Source of the DNA: Dehalococcoidia bacterium
GTDB lineage: Bacteria; Chloroflexota; Dehalococcoidia; GIF9; AB-539-J10
Length of the DNA stretch: 64,000 nt
Direction: 5' to 3'
Assembly: GCA_030612025.1 (NCBI GenBank)
Contig: JAUWOR010000001.1
Coordinates: forward strand, 1 to 64,000
Shown here: piece after piece, positions 28,922 to 38,208 of the stretch
How positions within the stretch are numbered: the first letter of the stretch is position 1
Layout: each line of letters opens with the position of its first letter
The notes under the pieces: model-generated
Databases searched by the model: none
What the model was told of the DNA's origin: nothing
The model's input: only the letters and a program-made list of their open reading frames with translations
Made by a program: the position numbers and the translations under genes

Positions 28922-29965
28922 TCAAGATAAGATAAACCCGGCTATCCAGCCAACAAAGGTTCCCAGAATAATGATGGTCGGGATATAAACCAGCGCCTTC
29001 TTAAACCCAAATACCCTCCCTATAGCTAGCCAGTTAGGCAAGCTGATGCCTGGTCCAGTAAGTAATAAAGCCAGGGCGGGACCTTTGCCCATTCCCAGAC
29101 TCATCAGAGTATCCACAAACGGAGCCTCAGTCATGGTGGCAAAGTAAGTTACCGCCCCAATCATAGTAGCCAAAAAAGACTGTCTTAGCCCAGCTCCACC
29201 CAGCCATGTTTCTATCCACTGCTGTGGCAGAACAGCACCGATAATTCCGACTATAAACACGCCAAGCAGAAGGAGAGGGAATATTGTGCGCACAAACCAC
29301 CACGACTCTTTTAGCCATCCCTTTATCTCGCCCCAGCTTTTAACACGCCAGGCATAAAAAGCCGCTACTGCTGTCGCCCCGGCCCACACATAAACCTTAC
29401 TTAGGTAAGAACCCCCTCTCACGGCATAATTGGGAGCCAGAAGGGTGACAACTAACAGTAAGAGCAGAATGACATCCTTTCTAGTCATCACCTTTCCACC
29501 AGAAGCCTGAATAGTTAGCGCCCTCTCTTGCTCTTCCTTGCGAAAGGCAAGGTACATCACTGTGCCAACGATAAAAGACACTGATAGGGCGGCTACCACC
29601 CTGGCTATAACCATCTGAGACCCGAGAATCGAACCGGTATAGACCAGGGCTAATATATTAGCCGCTGGAGCAACCCAGAGGAGGATGAAGGCGGGGCCAA
29701 TTCCGGCCCCTCCGTGATAAATGCCACTAGCAACAGGGATAACAGTGCACGAGCAGACTGACACGAAGAAACTTCCGCCGCCAGCAATAACAAAGGATTT
29801 AATCTTGCTGGCAGCACTGCCCAGATAGCCAATAATTGTCTCTCGGGAGACAAAGGATACTATTGCCCCAGCTAGAAGGAATGCCGGAACAAGGCAAGTG
29901 AGCACATGCAAGGCAACATATCCTTTCAGGGCATTTAGCCCGGCCTGTAAAAGTTGTTCAGCCAT
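28922..29965 (-). CDS. DUF318/ArsP-type permease
   Basis: HVLTCLVPAF, VCSCTVIP, YFATMTE, GPALALLLTGP. Confidence 0.88.
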   Translation of the reverse strand: MAEQLLQAGLNALKGYVALHVLTCLVPAFLLAGAIVSFVSRETIIGYLGSAASKIKSFVIAGGGSFFVSVCSCTVIPVASGIYHGGAGIGPAFILLWVAPAANILALVYTGSILGSQMVIARVVAALSVSFIVGTVMYLAFRKEEQERALTIQASGGKVMTRKDVILLLLLVVTLLAPNYAVRGGSYLSKVYVWAGATAVAAFYAWRVKSWGEIKGWLKESWWFVRTIFPLLLLGVFIVGIIGAVLPQQWIETWLGGAGLRQSFLATMIGAVTYFATMTEAPFVDTLMSLGMGKGPALALLLTGPGISLPNWLAIGRVFGFKKALVYIPTIIILGTFVGWIAGFILS

Positions 29966-30024
29966 TCAATTCCTTCAAGGTAGAAGCATTTATGCACATA
30001 GCCGAATATGATTGTCAAAAAAAA

Positions 30025-30375
30025 TTATTTGCGTATTGCTCTCGGCCCAACTCGCACAGCGCGACTTAGCCTCTCTCTATCCCACAATATAATCTCCTCA
30101 TTAACCAGAGAGCCACGGAGCACTTCAATTAGAGCGGCAACATAGCTATTCATCGCCTGCTCATCAATAGCATAAACCATCCATAACCCCTCTCTCCTAG
30201 ATTTAACAAAGCCAGCACCTTCGAGTATGCCAAGATTGCGTGAGGCGCGGGACTGCGAGATGTCCAGTGCTTGCATTATCTCGCAAACGCAGCATTCTCT
30301 TTCCAGGAGGACTTTCAAAATCCTAATCCTGGTCTCATCAGATAGAGCCCTAAAAACTTTGACTAGCTCACGCAT
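30025..30375 (-). CDS. arsR: ArsR/SmtB family repressor
   Basis: FRALSDETRIRIL...ECCVCEI...SQSRASRNL. Confidence 0.92.
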   Translation of the reverse strand: MRELVKVFRALSDETRIRILKVLLERECCVCEIMQALDISQSRASRNLGILEGAGFVKSRREGLWMVYAIDEQAMNSYVAALIEVLRGSLVNEEIILWDRERLSRAVRVGPRAIRK

Positions 30376-30392
30376 GCCTTGAATTCCTCAAG

Positions 30393-30418
30393 ACTATATG
30401 CACATTTTCGCATATAGT
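30393..30418. promoter_or_regulatory. Candidate ArsR operator
   Basis: ACTATATGC-N8-GCATATAGT; degenerate copy at ~29988-30011 before the permease. Confidence 0.65.
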
Positions 30419-30564
30419 GTATAATATCGGGGCGGGGTTTTTGTGTCAATAGTCTATACTGGCTTGTATAACTAGGGGGCACATTGGATTCTTATAGTTC
30501 CCAGTGTGGTTGCCACCTTAGAGTTGTTAAAGCTAGAATATAGACTTAAAACAGTACCTCCACA

Positions 30565-31761
30565 ATGAATAATAAGCTGACTAATTTTTGTAGAAAAATT
30601 TATCACGACCCTTTCAAGAGATACTTAGTCATATCTTTAATAATCTTAGGTATAATCCTTTTATTCACCGGTCAGAAATCGGCAATGTCGATTCCCGGCG
30701 AAGGTCTTGAAGTCCATTTCTTTTACGTTTCGGGCTGTTCACCTTGTGAGGAACAAAAGCCATTTAATGAAGAGTTAGCCAACACATACTCAATTGATTT
30801 CATTTATCACGATGCTGGGGAACCTGAAGGGTCTGCTCTATTAACACAAATGCTTGCCGGTGTGGGAGTAAAAGGCGAGCCAAGATTTCCGGTAACAATT
30901 TTCGGAGGACAAGCTTTCCTTGGTTGGAAATCAGTAGAAACGACGGGCAAAGAGATTGAAAAAACTTTGCAAGAATGCCTGGCAGGAATTTGTCCGGAAC
31001 CAGGAAGCAAAGAACCCGAGGACGAAGCAACATTGCCCATTGTAGGGAAAATAAGACTTTCAGATTATTCCCTTCCCGGTTTAGCCATAATTCTGGGGCT
31101 TGTTGACGGTTTCAATCCTTGTGCCATGTGGGTGCTTGCTTACCTTATATCCTTAATTATGACCTTAAAAGACAAGAGAAGGATATGGCTACTCATTGGC
31201 TCCTTTGTTTTCGCCTCGGGGGTGTTATATTTCCTCTTCATGACAGCTTGGCTTAACGCTTTCCTCCTCATTGGCTACTACAAGCCAGTGACAATAGTGA
31301 TCGGATTAGCAGCTTTGGGTGCAGGGACATTAAACATAAGGGAATTCATAAGAACAAAGGGGGCCATTGTCTGTGAAGTAGGAGATGAAGAATCTAGGAA
31401 GAAAACGATGAGGAGGATGGAGAAGGTTGTCTTTTCCCCCTTGACCTTAGCCACGGTAGCCGGAATCATAGCCCTCGCTTTTGCGGTAAATCTTATTGAA
31501 TTCGTCTGTTCCGCGGCGATTCCGGCGACTTTTACCCGCGTCCTATCCTTGAGCCATCTCTCAACCTTTCAATATTATGCCTACATCCTACTATATGACC
31601 TCTTTTTCATGCTTGATGACCTTATTATTTTTGGCTCGGCTGCTCTTGCTATGACTTCAACCTTGGGAGACCGATATGCCAGGTATTGCAGACCATTCGG
31701 GGGGACGATACTGCTCATTCTGGGTGTATTACTCCTTTTCGCCCCCCATTTGTTACCTTAA
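30565..31761 (+). CDS. Glutaredoxin-like + CcdA/DsbD-like membrane protein
   Basis: CSPC; GLVDGFNPCAMWVL; EFVCSAAIP. Confidence 0.82.
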   Translation: MNNKLTNFCRKIYHDPFKRYLVISLIILGIILLFTGQKSAMSIPGEGLEVHFFYVSGCSPCEEQKPFNEELANTYSIDFIYHDAGEPEGSALLTQMLAGVGVKGEPRFPVTIFGGQAFLGWKSVETTGKEIEKTLQECLAGICPEPGSKEPEDEATLPIVGKIRLSDYSLPGLAIILGLVDGFNPCAMWVLAYLISLIMTLKDKRRIWLLIGSFVFASGVLYFLFMTAWLNAFLLIGYYKPVTIVIGLAALGAGTLNIREFIRTKGAIVCEVGDEESRKKTMRRMEKVVFSPLTLATVAGIIALAFAVNLIEFVCSAAIPATFTRVLSLSHLSTFQYYAYILLYDLFFMLDDLIIFGSAALAMTSTLGDRYARYCRPFGGTILLILGVLLLFAPHLLP

Positions 31762-31766
31762 TTGAG

Positions 31767-31843
31767 AAGACTGTTTATTTTGTCACCCTGAGCGGTAGCG
31801 AAGGGCTCAGAATGACATAGAGGTGGTGTTGCTGAACAGCCTT
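31767..31843. mobile_element. Short MITE-like element, 7901 family
   Basis: AAGACTGTTTA...TGTCACCCTGAG...CTCAGAATGACA...TGAACAGCCTT; AATTGA on both sides. Confidence 0.6.
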
Positions 31844-31889
31844 TCAATTGAAAATGCTGGCAAATATCGAGTATAATATCTATGTTTGT

Positions 31890-31964
31890 GGTGAGCGTAG
31901 CCCAGTGGTTTAAGGCGCCAGGTTGTGGCCCTGGAGATCGTGGGTTCAAATCCCACCGTTCACC
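31890..31964 (+). tRNA. tRNA-His (GTG)
   Basis: Acceptor GTGAGCG/CGTTCAC with G-1, anticodon arm CCAGG-TTGTGGC-CCTGG, GGTTCAAATCC. Confidence 0.95.
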
Positions 31965-31967
31965 CCT

Positions 31968-32041
31968 GCGCCTATAGCTCAGCGGACAAGAGCACCGGTC
32001 TTCGGAACCGGGGGTCGTGGGTTCAAATCCCTCTAGGCGCG
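31968..32041 (+). tRNA. tRNA-Arg (TCG)
   Basis: GCGCCTA/TAGGCGC, CCGGT-CTTCGGA-ACCGG, GGTTCAAATCC; no encoded CCA. Confidence 0.95.
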
Positions 32042-32042
32042 C

Positions 32043-32684
32043 TTAAAAATCGCTAAGCGATTTTCGCATTCCTTTCAAATATGAAGTGTCATTATGCTTA
32101 GTCAGGATGAAACAACCATCTATATAGTCAAAAGTTGTGATTCCGCCCACATCCTGCCTAATATGCCAAAAGTGCGAGTTATCCAGCCTCAATAGGGAAC
32201 ATATCAAAACTTTGTTCACCACCCGATGAGATATCAATGCTACGCTCCCCTTGTATTTAGAAACTACCTCGTTAACTACAGCAAGGACTCTTTTCCTTAC
32301 ATCACCTAGACTCTCACCACCAGGCATTTTTACCAGATGGGGATTAGTATGCCACTCACTATGAAGAGCCGAATATAATTTCTTCACTTCCTTATCAGGT
32401 AAGCCTTGCCATTCCCCATAATCAAAATCTATAAGACCATCGCTAACTTGCGCACCGACACCTTGGTATCGAGCTACAATATTCGCCGTATCCAATGCCC
32501 GCCTTAGCGGGCTAGAATAAATAGCGTCTAATTTTAAATCGCTCAAATATTTGCCCAGCAATTCTGCTTGTTTAATGCCCATCTCGTCTAGAGCTACATC
32601 AGCTCTTCCCCTATATATTTCACCCACATTCCACTCAGTCTCCCCATGCCTTACCAAAATAATTTCTGCCATAAGCCCATCCAA
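32043..32684 (-). CDS. Histidine phosphatase family (CobC/GpmB-like)
   Basis: LVRHGETEWN, SSPLRRA, PGGES, SHRVV, HNDT. Confidence 0.9.
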   Translation of the reverse strand: MDGLMAEIILVRHGETEWNVGEIYRGRADVALDEMGIKQAELLGKYLSDLKLDAIYSSPLRRALDTANIVARYQGVGAQVSDGLIDFDYGEWQGLPDKEVKKLYSALHSEWHTNPHLVKMPGGESLGDVRKRVLAVVNEVVSKYKGSVALISHRVVNKVLICSLLRLDNSHFWHIRQDVGGITTFDYIDGCFILTKHNDTSYLKGMRKSLSDF

Positions 32685-32811
32685 TATGTTCCCTTAGCTT
32701 CCCTGCCATAAACTTTCGTTCAAAAAGGGAACAAAGGTATACTCGTTCATCTGATTAGCGACACGCATAAGCTCCTTCTATATTGGATTTATTTTTACTT
32801 TCGAACAGCCT

Positions 32812-33201
32812 CTAGGGCTGCGACGGCTCAATCCGTTCCGGGTTTACTACCTTTTTCCAAGCCTCAAGACCATTCACAAAGGCAGGTACACCGGCAGCCG
32901 ACAAGCATATCTCAAGGGCCTCTAAAATCTCTTTTTTGGTGCAGCCATACTTCAAGGCCAGCTTGACGTGGTTAGCGATATAGTCTACATTCGCCTTAAC
33001 CGCTGTTAAGCTGACCGTGTAGATAAGCTCTTTGGTTTTGGCGTCCAGTGTACGCGGATTAGTATATTCCGCTTGGATGAGCGTGTTATAGGCTTTAAGA
33101 AACTCGAAATCCTCAGCACACATGACTTTGTGAAAGTCTAAGACATAACCTCGCTCCTTGTACATCTTGTCAATGTAGGTCTGCTTTTCGGTGTCTGTCA
33201 T
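32812..33201 (-). CDS. Carboxymuconolactone decarboxylase/AhpD-like protein
   Basis: LDAKTKELI...HVKLALKYGCTKKEILEAL...AGVP. Confidence 0.85.
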   Translation of the reverse strand: MTDTEKQTYIDKMYKERGYVLDFHKVMCAEDFEFLKAYNTLIQAEYTNPRTLDAKTKELIYTVSLTAVKANVDYIANHVKLALKYGCTKKEILEALEICLSAAGVPAFVNGLEAWKKVVNPERIEPSQP

Positions 33202-34126
33202 GATTAGCTACCCCCTTTTTCTTACTATATTTTTGGCCGCGTACCTTTACACCACAACATTCCTCGATAAACTTCACTATACTGGTGTGGCACATATCGC
33301 TGCCGCCTTTGGCCACAGCGTAATTGTACACCTGCTGAACAATAGTCCCAAGGAACATCGGCACATGGAGTTCCTCTCCCAACCGTACTGCCATCCCTAC
33401 ATCCTTGTGCATCAGACTGACGGTAAAGCCGGAGTTAAAAGCGCCATTCAGCACGAAAGTAGGAAACTTATACTCGCTAGAGTAGCTGCGCCCGCTGCTG
33501 TTGTTGATGGCAGCAAGTACCAGCTCAGGGTTAAGTCCAAGCTTTGCAGCAGCTACTAGAGCCTCTGAGGTAATAATCATAGTGCATGCTGAGCACATAT
33601 TATTCAGACACTTTACTGCATGTCCTGCGCCGATATTCCCTACATGCGTGATTTTGCTTCCCATAGCTTCAAGTATAGAGCGGCATTCTTTAAGGACCTT
33701 CTCGTCGCCGCCTACCATGATAGCCAAGGTTCCTTCCCTAGCACCCCTAACACCGCCGCTGACCGGCGCGTCAAGCATGCGAGCACCTTTCTTCGCCAGC
33801 TTCTTGCTTAACATCCTAGTACTATATGCGTAGGAGCTACTCATATCGATAAGAATACTGCTCGGTGTCACTCCCTCTATAACTCCGTCCGGGCCCAGGA
33901 CCGTAGCCTCTACCTCAGCAGAAGAGGGGAGCATAGTAATCACTACCGGGCATTGCCTGGCTACATCCTTAGGAGATGAAGCCTGCTCTACACCTTCAAG
34001 CGCCAGCGCCTCCATGGCTTCCTTCCTGATGTCATATATGGTGACAGCGTATCCGGCTTTTATCAGATCGCACACCATAGGTGTTCCCATCGCACCAACA
34101 CCTATAAAACCGACCTTTAGCTTCAT
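33170..34126 (-). CDS. 3-hydroxyisobutyrate dehydrogenase-family oxidoreductase
   Basis: FIGVGAMG, DAPVSGG, MVGG, KCLNN, KDV. Confidence 0.9.
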   Translation of the reverse strand: MKLKVGFIGVGAMGTPMVCDLIKAGYAVTIYDIRKEAMEALALEGVEQASSPKDVARQCPVVITMLPSSAEVEATVLGPDGVIEGVTPSSILIDMSSSYAYSTRMLSKKLAKKGARMLDAPVSGGVRGAREGTLAIMVGGDEKVLKECRSILEAMGSKITHVGNIGAGHAVKCLNNMCSACTMIITSEALVAAAKLGLNPELVLAAINNSSGRSYSSEYKFPTFVLNGAFNSGFTVSLMHKDVGMAVRLGEELHVPMFLGTIVQQVYNYAVAKGGSDMCHTSIVKFIEECCGVKVRGQKYSKKKGVANHDRHRKADLH

Positions 34127-34277
34127 TGTCCCTCCTTTCTTTCATTCAATAATTTAATATGATTGGTGAGATATCGCTTCCTTTTTTCAAATTTTTGGTA
34201 GCACGTCAAAGAGCTGCCTTTCGCCCATCATACTCCTTGCCGAGGGAGAGCCAAAGGCATCACAGTAATCATAGTTT

Positions 34278-34379
34278 TCATAAAATGCCAATTATCTCTA
34301 CCTCAGCAAAATACTTTGAAAATACCTCTTCTGCCACTTCTAACTTCACCGGGTTTCGTGAACCAAGCAACACTTTCAC
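34278..34379 (-). pseudogene. yjjX: N-terminal fragment of ITP/XTPase YjjX
   Basis: VKVLLGSRNPVKLEVAEEVFSKYFAEVEIIGIL*. Confidence 0.6.
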
Positions 34380-34596
34380 CTTACTAATTCTTCTCTATGA
34401 TAACCCACTAACGGCCCACCTTCAAAACCTGTGCCCTATTAAACAAAGTGTCAGAATGTTTAGGAGTATTTACGGCATGCAAGCAATAGTTTCCACACCC
34501 TAGAAGAGCAGCGCTATTTGCCTTATAATTATGCAAGCCTAAGCAATATATTCGGGCCCTCAGTATCGTAATGAGTTTGCCCAGAGGTTTGCTGAC

Positions 34597-34971
34597 GTGG
34601 TAAGAAAAATTCGGATAAAAGCTGGCTCAATTGAAGCAATAGCTGAGTTAAATGATACCAAGATAGCTCAAGTGATTTGGGAAACATTACCCATCAAAGG
34701 CCATGTCAATCTCTGGGGAGAGGAAATATACTTCTCAATTCCTCTTAACCTTGAGTTAGAAGATGGGAGGGAATTGGTAAGCACCGGGGATTTGGGTTAC
34801 TGGCCTCAAGGTACCGCCTTTTGCATCTTCTTCGGACCAACTCCAATTAGTCGAGGAGACAAAATTCGCCCGGCAAGTCCGGTTACCGTGTTTGGCAAGG
34901 TCATCAGCAAGCTTGCCGTGTTTAAGCAAGTAATCTCAGGAACTGAAATCACTATCGAGAAGGGGGAGTAA
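34597..34971 (+). CDS. Cyclophilin-like fold protein (DUF369/TM1367-like)
   Basis: WGEEIYF, GDLGYWPQG, CIFFGPTP, PASPV. Confidence 0.85.
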   Translation: MVRKIRIKAGSIEAIAELNDTKIAQVIWETLPIKGHVNLWGEEIYFSIPLNLELEDGRELVSTGDLGYWPQGTAFCIFFGPTPISRGDKIRPASPVTVFGKVISKLAVFKQVISGTEITIEKGE

Positions 34972-35590
34972 TGGCTAAAATGGTTAAAAGAGAAGTTTAC
35001 TATTTCGATGAACCGGGAGAAAGAAATACTCAGTTAGTACTCGAAGCTGTCTCTCATCGGCTGGAGGCCGGTGGAATCAGAAAGGTCATTATTGCCAGCA
35101 CCTCTGGCGAGACTGCCGCTAAATTTGCCCGTAAGCTCAAGGATAAGGCTGAGTTGATTTGTGTCTCAGAGGCACCATACCGGCGGGAATGGGATGAAGA
35201 ATGGCCCTGTCTGAAACAGGAATTTAGAGAGGAGCTGGAGAGACTCAGAGTTGCCATTGTCGATAGAGCACCCTACGTTTTCCATGATTCAGTATTAGAG
35301 GCTGCCCGCTGGACCAGTATCTTTCCTGAGCGGCTGGTGAAGGAAACACTATACTGCTTTGGACAGGGAATGAAGGTAGCTGTGGAGGTTGCTTTGATGG
35401 CGGCTTCTTGCGGCTACGCAATCCCTTATGAAGATGTGATAGGTGTTGGTGGGTCGGGGAAGGGAGCAGATACAGCTATTGTACTTCGAGCTACTTATCC
35501 TGCTTCCCTGTTTGACAAAGACTCGGGGAAAAGGCTAGAGATAAAAGAAGTAATTGCTCTATGCCTACTTCCAAGAAGTGGTGGGAATAG
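34971..35590 (+). pseudogene. Pyruvate-kinase C-terminal-like (DUF1867) protein with terminal 2-nt frameshift
   Basis: YFDEPGERNT, ASTSGET, FGQGMKVAVE, GADTA; native end MPTSKKWWE* lies in another frame. Confidence 0.65.
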
Positions 35591-35604
35591 GCCCGAACTT
35601 GTAG

Positions 35605-36344
35605 TGACACAGAGGCAATGGAGGCAAAACATAACTCATCGTTACTGGAATTATCTATTTAGTCTAGTCATAGTTCTGGCAATCTTTTGTTGTAGCTGCG
35701 CCAAGCCAGCTACCATACCAGCACCAATACCTTCTCCAGAACAAGAAAACACCGTAAAGCTACCTGAACCGAGATATGACAGCGATGTATCTCTTGAGCA
35801 AAGTCTGCTTCAGAGAAGGTCAATCAGAACCTACACAGGCGAGCCGCTAACACTTCAAGAGGTATCTCAACTTCTATGGGCAGCCCAAGGGATAACCGAT
35901 CCGAGGGGTTTCAGGACTGCTCCATCTGCAGGAGCTCTCTATCCACTCGAGGTGTATGTGGTGGCTGGCGATGTTCAGGGTTTGACCCTGGGTGTTTACA
36001 GATATGAACCTGAGCAACATCAACTCATTAGAGTCATAGATGGTGACAAGAGAGACAGCCTAGCTGATGCTGCCCTAACGCAGCCCTGGGTGAAGGAGGG
36101 CGCTGTGGTCTTCGTATTCACTGCCGTTTATGAGAGAACAACAGCTAAATATGATGACAGGGGCATAAGGTATGTGCATATCGAAGTGGGACATGCTGCT
36201 CAGAACTTGTGCCTCCAGGCAACAGCAATGGGCTTGGGAGCAGTCACTGTAGGTGCGTTTCACGATGAAGCAGTAGCCGAACTCCTGAATCTACCACAGG
36301 ATGAACAGCCTCTGTATATAATTCCTGTAGGCCGCAAACAGTGA
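35605..36344 (+). CDS. SagB/ThcOx-family nitroreductase with lipoprotein signal
   Basis: RRSIR, LLWAAQG, RTAPSAGALYPLE, EVGHAAQN; exact start uncertain. Confidence 0.8.
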
Positions 36345-36577
36345 AAAGTGATACCCGCCCTTAATATCCAATACCCCGAGTAACATCATTCTCCCGTCCT
36401 TTGCCTAGATTAGGCCCAAGTCCTTCAGTCTTACCCTGCCTTAACTGACTTTTGACTCTATCTTACACAGTCGGGGGAAATGAGTTAGCAAACAATACAT
36501 TGGTTTGTTACCTCAGTGAGCCTGGAAGAAGAAGGATACCGACCAGCTTTGAAATGACCTTCGGAGTTTTCCAGCTC

Positions 36578-36663
36578 CCTCAAAGTCTATAGCTATCTCG
36601 ATAATATACTAACAAATATAGCTCTCTAAGCAAGTCGGACTCGTTGTGGCGAATAATCTGTTG
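36578..36663 (-). repeat. Duplicate of the 3' end of the 41149-41685 gene
   Basis: 86-nt direct repeat of 41147-41232 with 6 mismatches. Confidence 0.9.
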
Positions 36664-36782
36664 TTGAGCAATCTTGCTCCCCTGTGGATACCACTTACAA
36701 ACTTCTCGGCCTATCTTCTAGCTTCCTATATACCACATTCGCTTGTGGATACTTCGAAGAGATGACACTAAATACATCTTAC

Positions 36783-36848
36783 GGACTTTAGTCCTAATGA
36801 AACCTAGGACTAAGTTCCCATTGACCTTTTTTGGGGGGGGGCTAAAAT
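36783..36848 (+). promoter_or_regulatory. Sigma70-type promoter with G9 spacer tract and upstream operator pair
   Basis: TTGACC-T6G9C-TAAAAT; GGACTTTAGTCC and GGACTAAGTTCC upstream. Confidence 0.6.
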
Positions 36849-36975
36849 TAGCCTAGAAAACGGCGATAGCTAGCCGGAAAAGGGGGGTGGTAGCTTTGAA
36901 CGCCAGAGATAGCCCATGAGTCGCCGGGGAAAAGGTTTTTAGACTGTGTGTAACAAATAATCTAAGGAGGTAAAC

Positions 36976-38097
36976 ATGAAAAGGAAACTATCAATAGTCT
37001 TAGCTATTGCATTGACCTTAATTTTGTCATTATCGAGTGTAGCTTTTGCTGCTGGAGACAAGGTAACTGAAGAGGAGGTTGATGTAGCTCAGGACGCAGG
37101 ACAGGCCTGGCTGGATAGAATAGCTGCCCTCACCGGCGAGCCTTCAGAATGGATTGGTGCTCATCTAACAGCACCGCAGGTTTATTATGACCTGAAGGGA
37201 CAACCAAATGCCTACATGTTTGCCATGGAGAATGACGGCATGGTTGTCGGGCATATTATCGTTGGCAGTTCGGCCTATGGTTATCCCGTATTCCAAGCTG
37301 GAGAATCTGCCCCTCCTTCAATTCCGACTGCCGATGAAGTGAAATCTAGCATAGAAAGGGATTTAGGATTAAAGATAGCCAAGGAAAGTATTGGCGAGCC
37401 AAGTTGTTTGCTATATTTGGGCATTGATAAACTATACGCTATATATGAAGTTGAAGGGCAAACAATAGGAGTAAATCTCATTTCGGAGCGCGCCACATTG
37501 GCATCAAACCTGAAATCCTATATGCCTTCTCCAGAGGAATATAAAGCCGCTAAGAAAGAAGCCAAGGGGTCGAAACCCCTATCACTGAGAAGCTCTGGTT
37601 ACTATTGGCTGGTGATGGAGTACTACAGGGAGGGAGAGCGCAAGTGGTGTGGTCCTTGCTCAGGAGTGTCAATCGGGCGGTACTACCGAACAGAGCATGA
37701 GCCTAGCTATGACGATTTACCCTCTCCTGATTCGTACATGTACGATTGGCTTCGGTTTGAGATGGGTGTTCCAACTACGCCGGGAAACTATGGGCCCGCA
37801 TTCATAGCGATGACCGAGGACTGCTCCGGTCACTATGATAATTTCAGCTATGTTAACAACTATCATCTGGAGGATAGCGACTATTGGACTGTAGTAGATG
37901 ATATAGATAGCAGCTGGCCACTAGGACTAGAGATAACGGATGAATGGCATTGGAGAGCCATAAAAGGCTATTCTTACAATACAGATACCGATAGATATGA
38001 AGTAATTTGCACTAACTCAGCGACGCCTTCCGATTGGGAACGTATTGACTGGCTTCTCCTGGGGTGGTGGGATTTTACGTGTTGCATTAAAGACTAG
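36976..38097 (+). CDS. Secreted papain-fold (C39-like) cysteine peptidase with N-terminal pro-domain
   Basis: Signal peptide, AAGGAGG RBS, WCGP (Cys), HWRAIKGY (His), CTNS (Asn). Confidence 0.7.
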   Translation: MKRKLSIVLAIALTLILSLSSVAFAAGDKVTEEEVDVAQDAGQAWLDRIAALTGEPSEWIGAHLTAPQVYYDLKGQPNAYMFAMENDGMVVGHIIVGSSAYGYPVFQAGESAPPSIPTADEVKSSIERDLGLKIAKESIGEPSCLLYLGIDKLYAIYEVEGQTIGVNLISERATLASNLKSYMPSPEEYKAAKKEAKGSKPLSLRSSGYYWLVMEYYREGERKWCGPCSGVSIGRYYRTEHEPSYDDLPSPDSYMYDWLRFEMGVPTTPGNYGPAFIAMTEDCSGHYDNFSYVNNYHLEDSDYWTVVDDIDSSWPLGLEITDEWHWRAIKGYSYNTDTDRYEVICTNSATPSDWERIDWLLLGWWDFTCCIKD

Positions 38098-38114
38098 CCG
38101 GATAAGCATAGCTA

Positions 38115-38158
38115 AAAGCAGGCGTCTCTTCCTGTAAGACTTGAGAGACGCTTGCTTT
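38115..38158 (+). terminator. Stem-loop after peptidase
   Basis: AAAGCAGGCGTCTCT / AGAGACGCTTGCTTT. Confidence 0.6.
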
Positions 38159-38208
38159 ACTATTATACGCTTTGGAGCTAAGATACTTCGACAGGGCAGG
38201 AAAGTTTC

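Noticed and set aside
26157-31761. Selenoproteins among the redox genes
   Set aside because: All CxxC/CC motifs read as Cys; no in-frame TGA at a catalytic position was found.
31758-31949. 63-aa minus-strand ORF
   Set aside because: Antisense to tRNA-His and a repeat element.
31890-34500. Island integrated at the tRNAs
   Set aside because: No integrase and no duplicated tRNA 3' end seen.
34971-36344. 457-aa ORF as a genuine two-domain protein
   Set aside because: A 2-nt duplication explains the read-through, and an internal lipoprotein signal marks a second gene.
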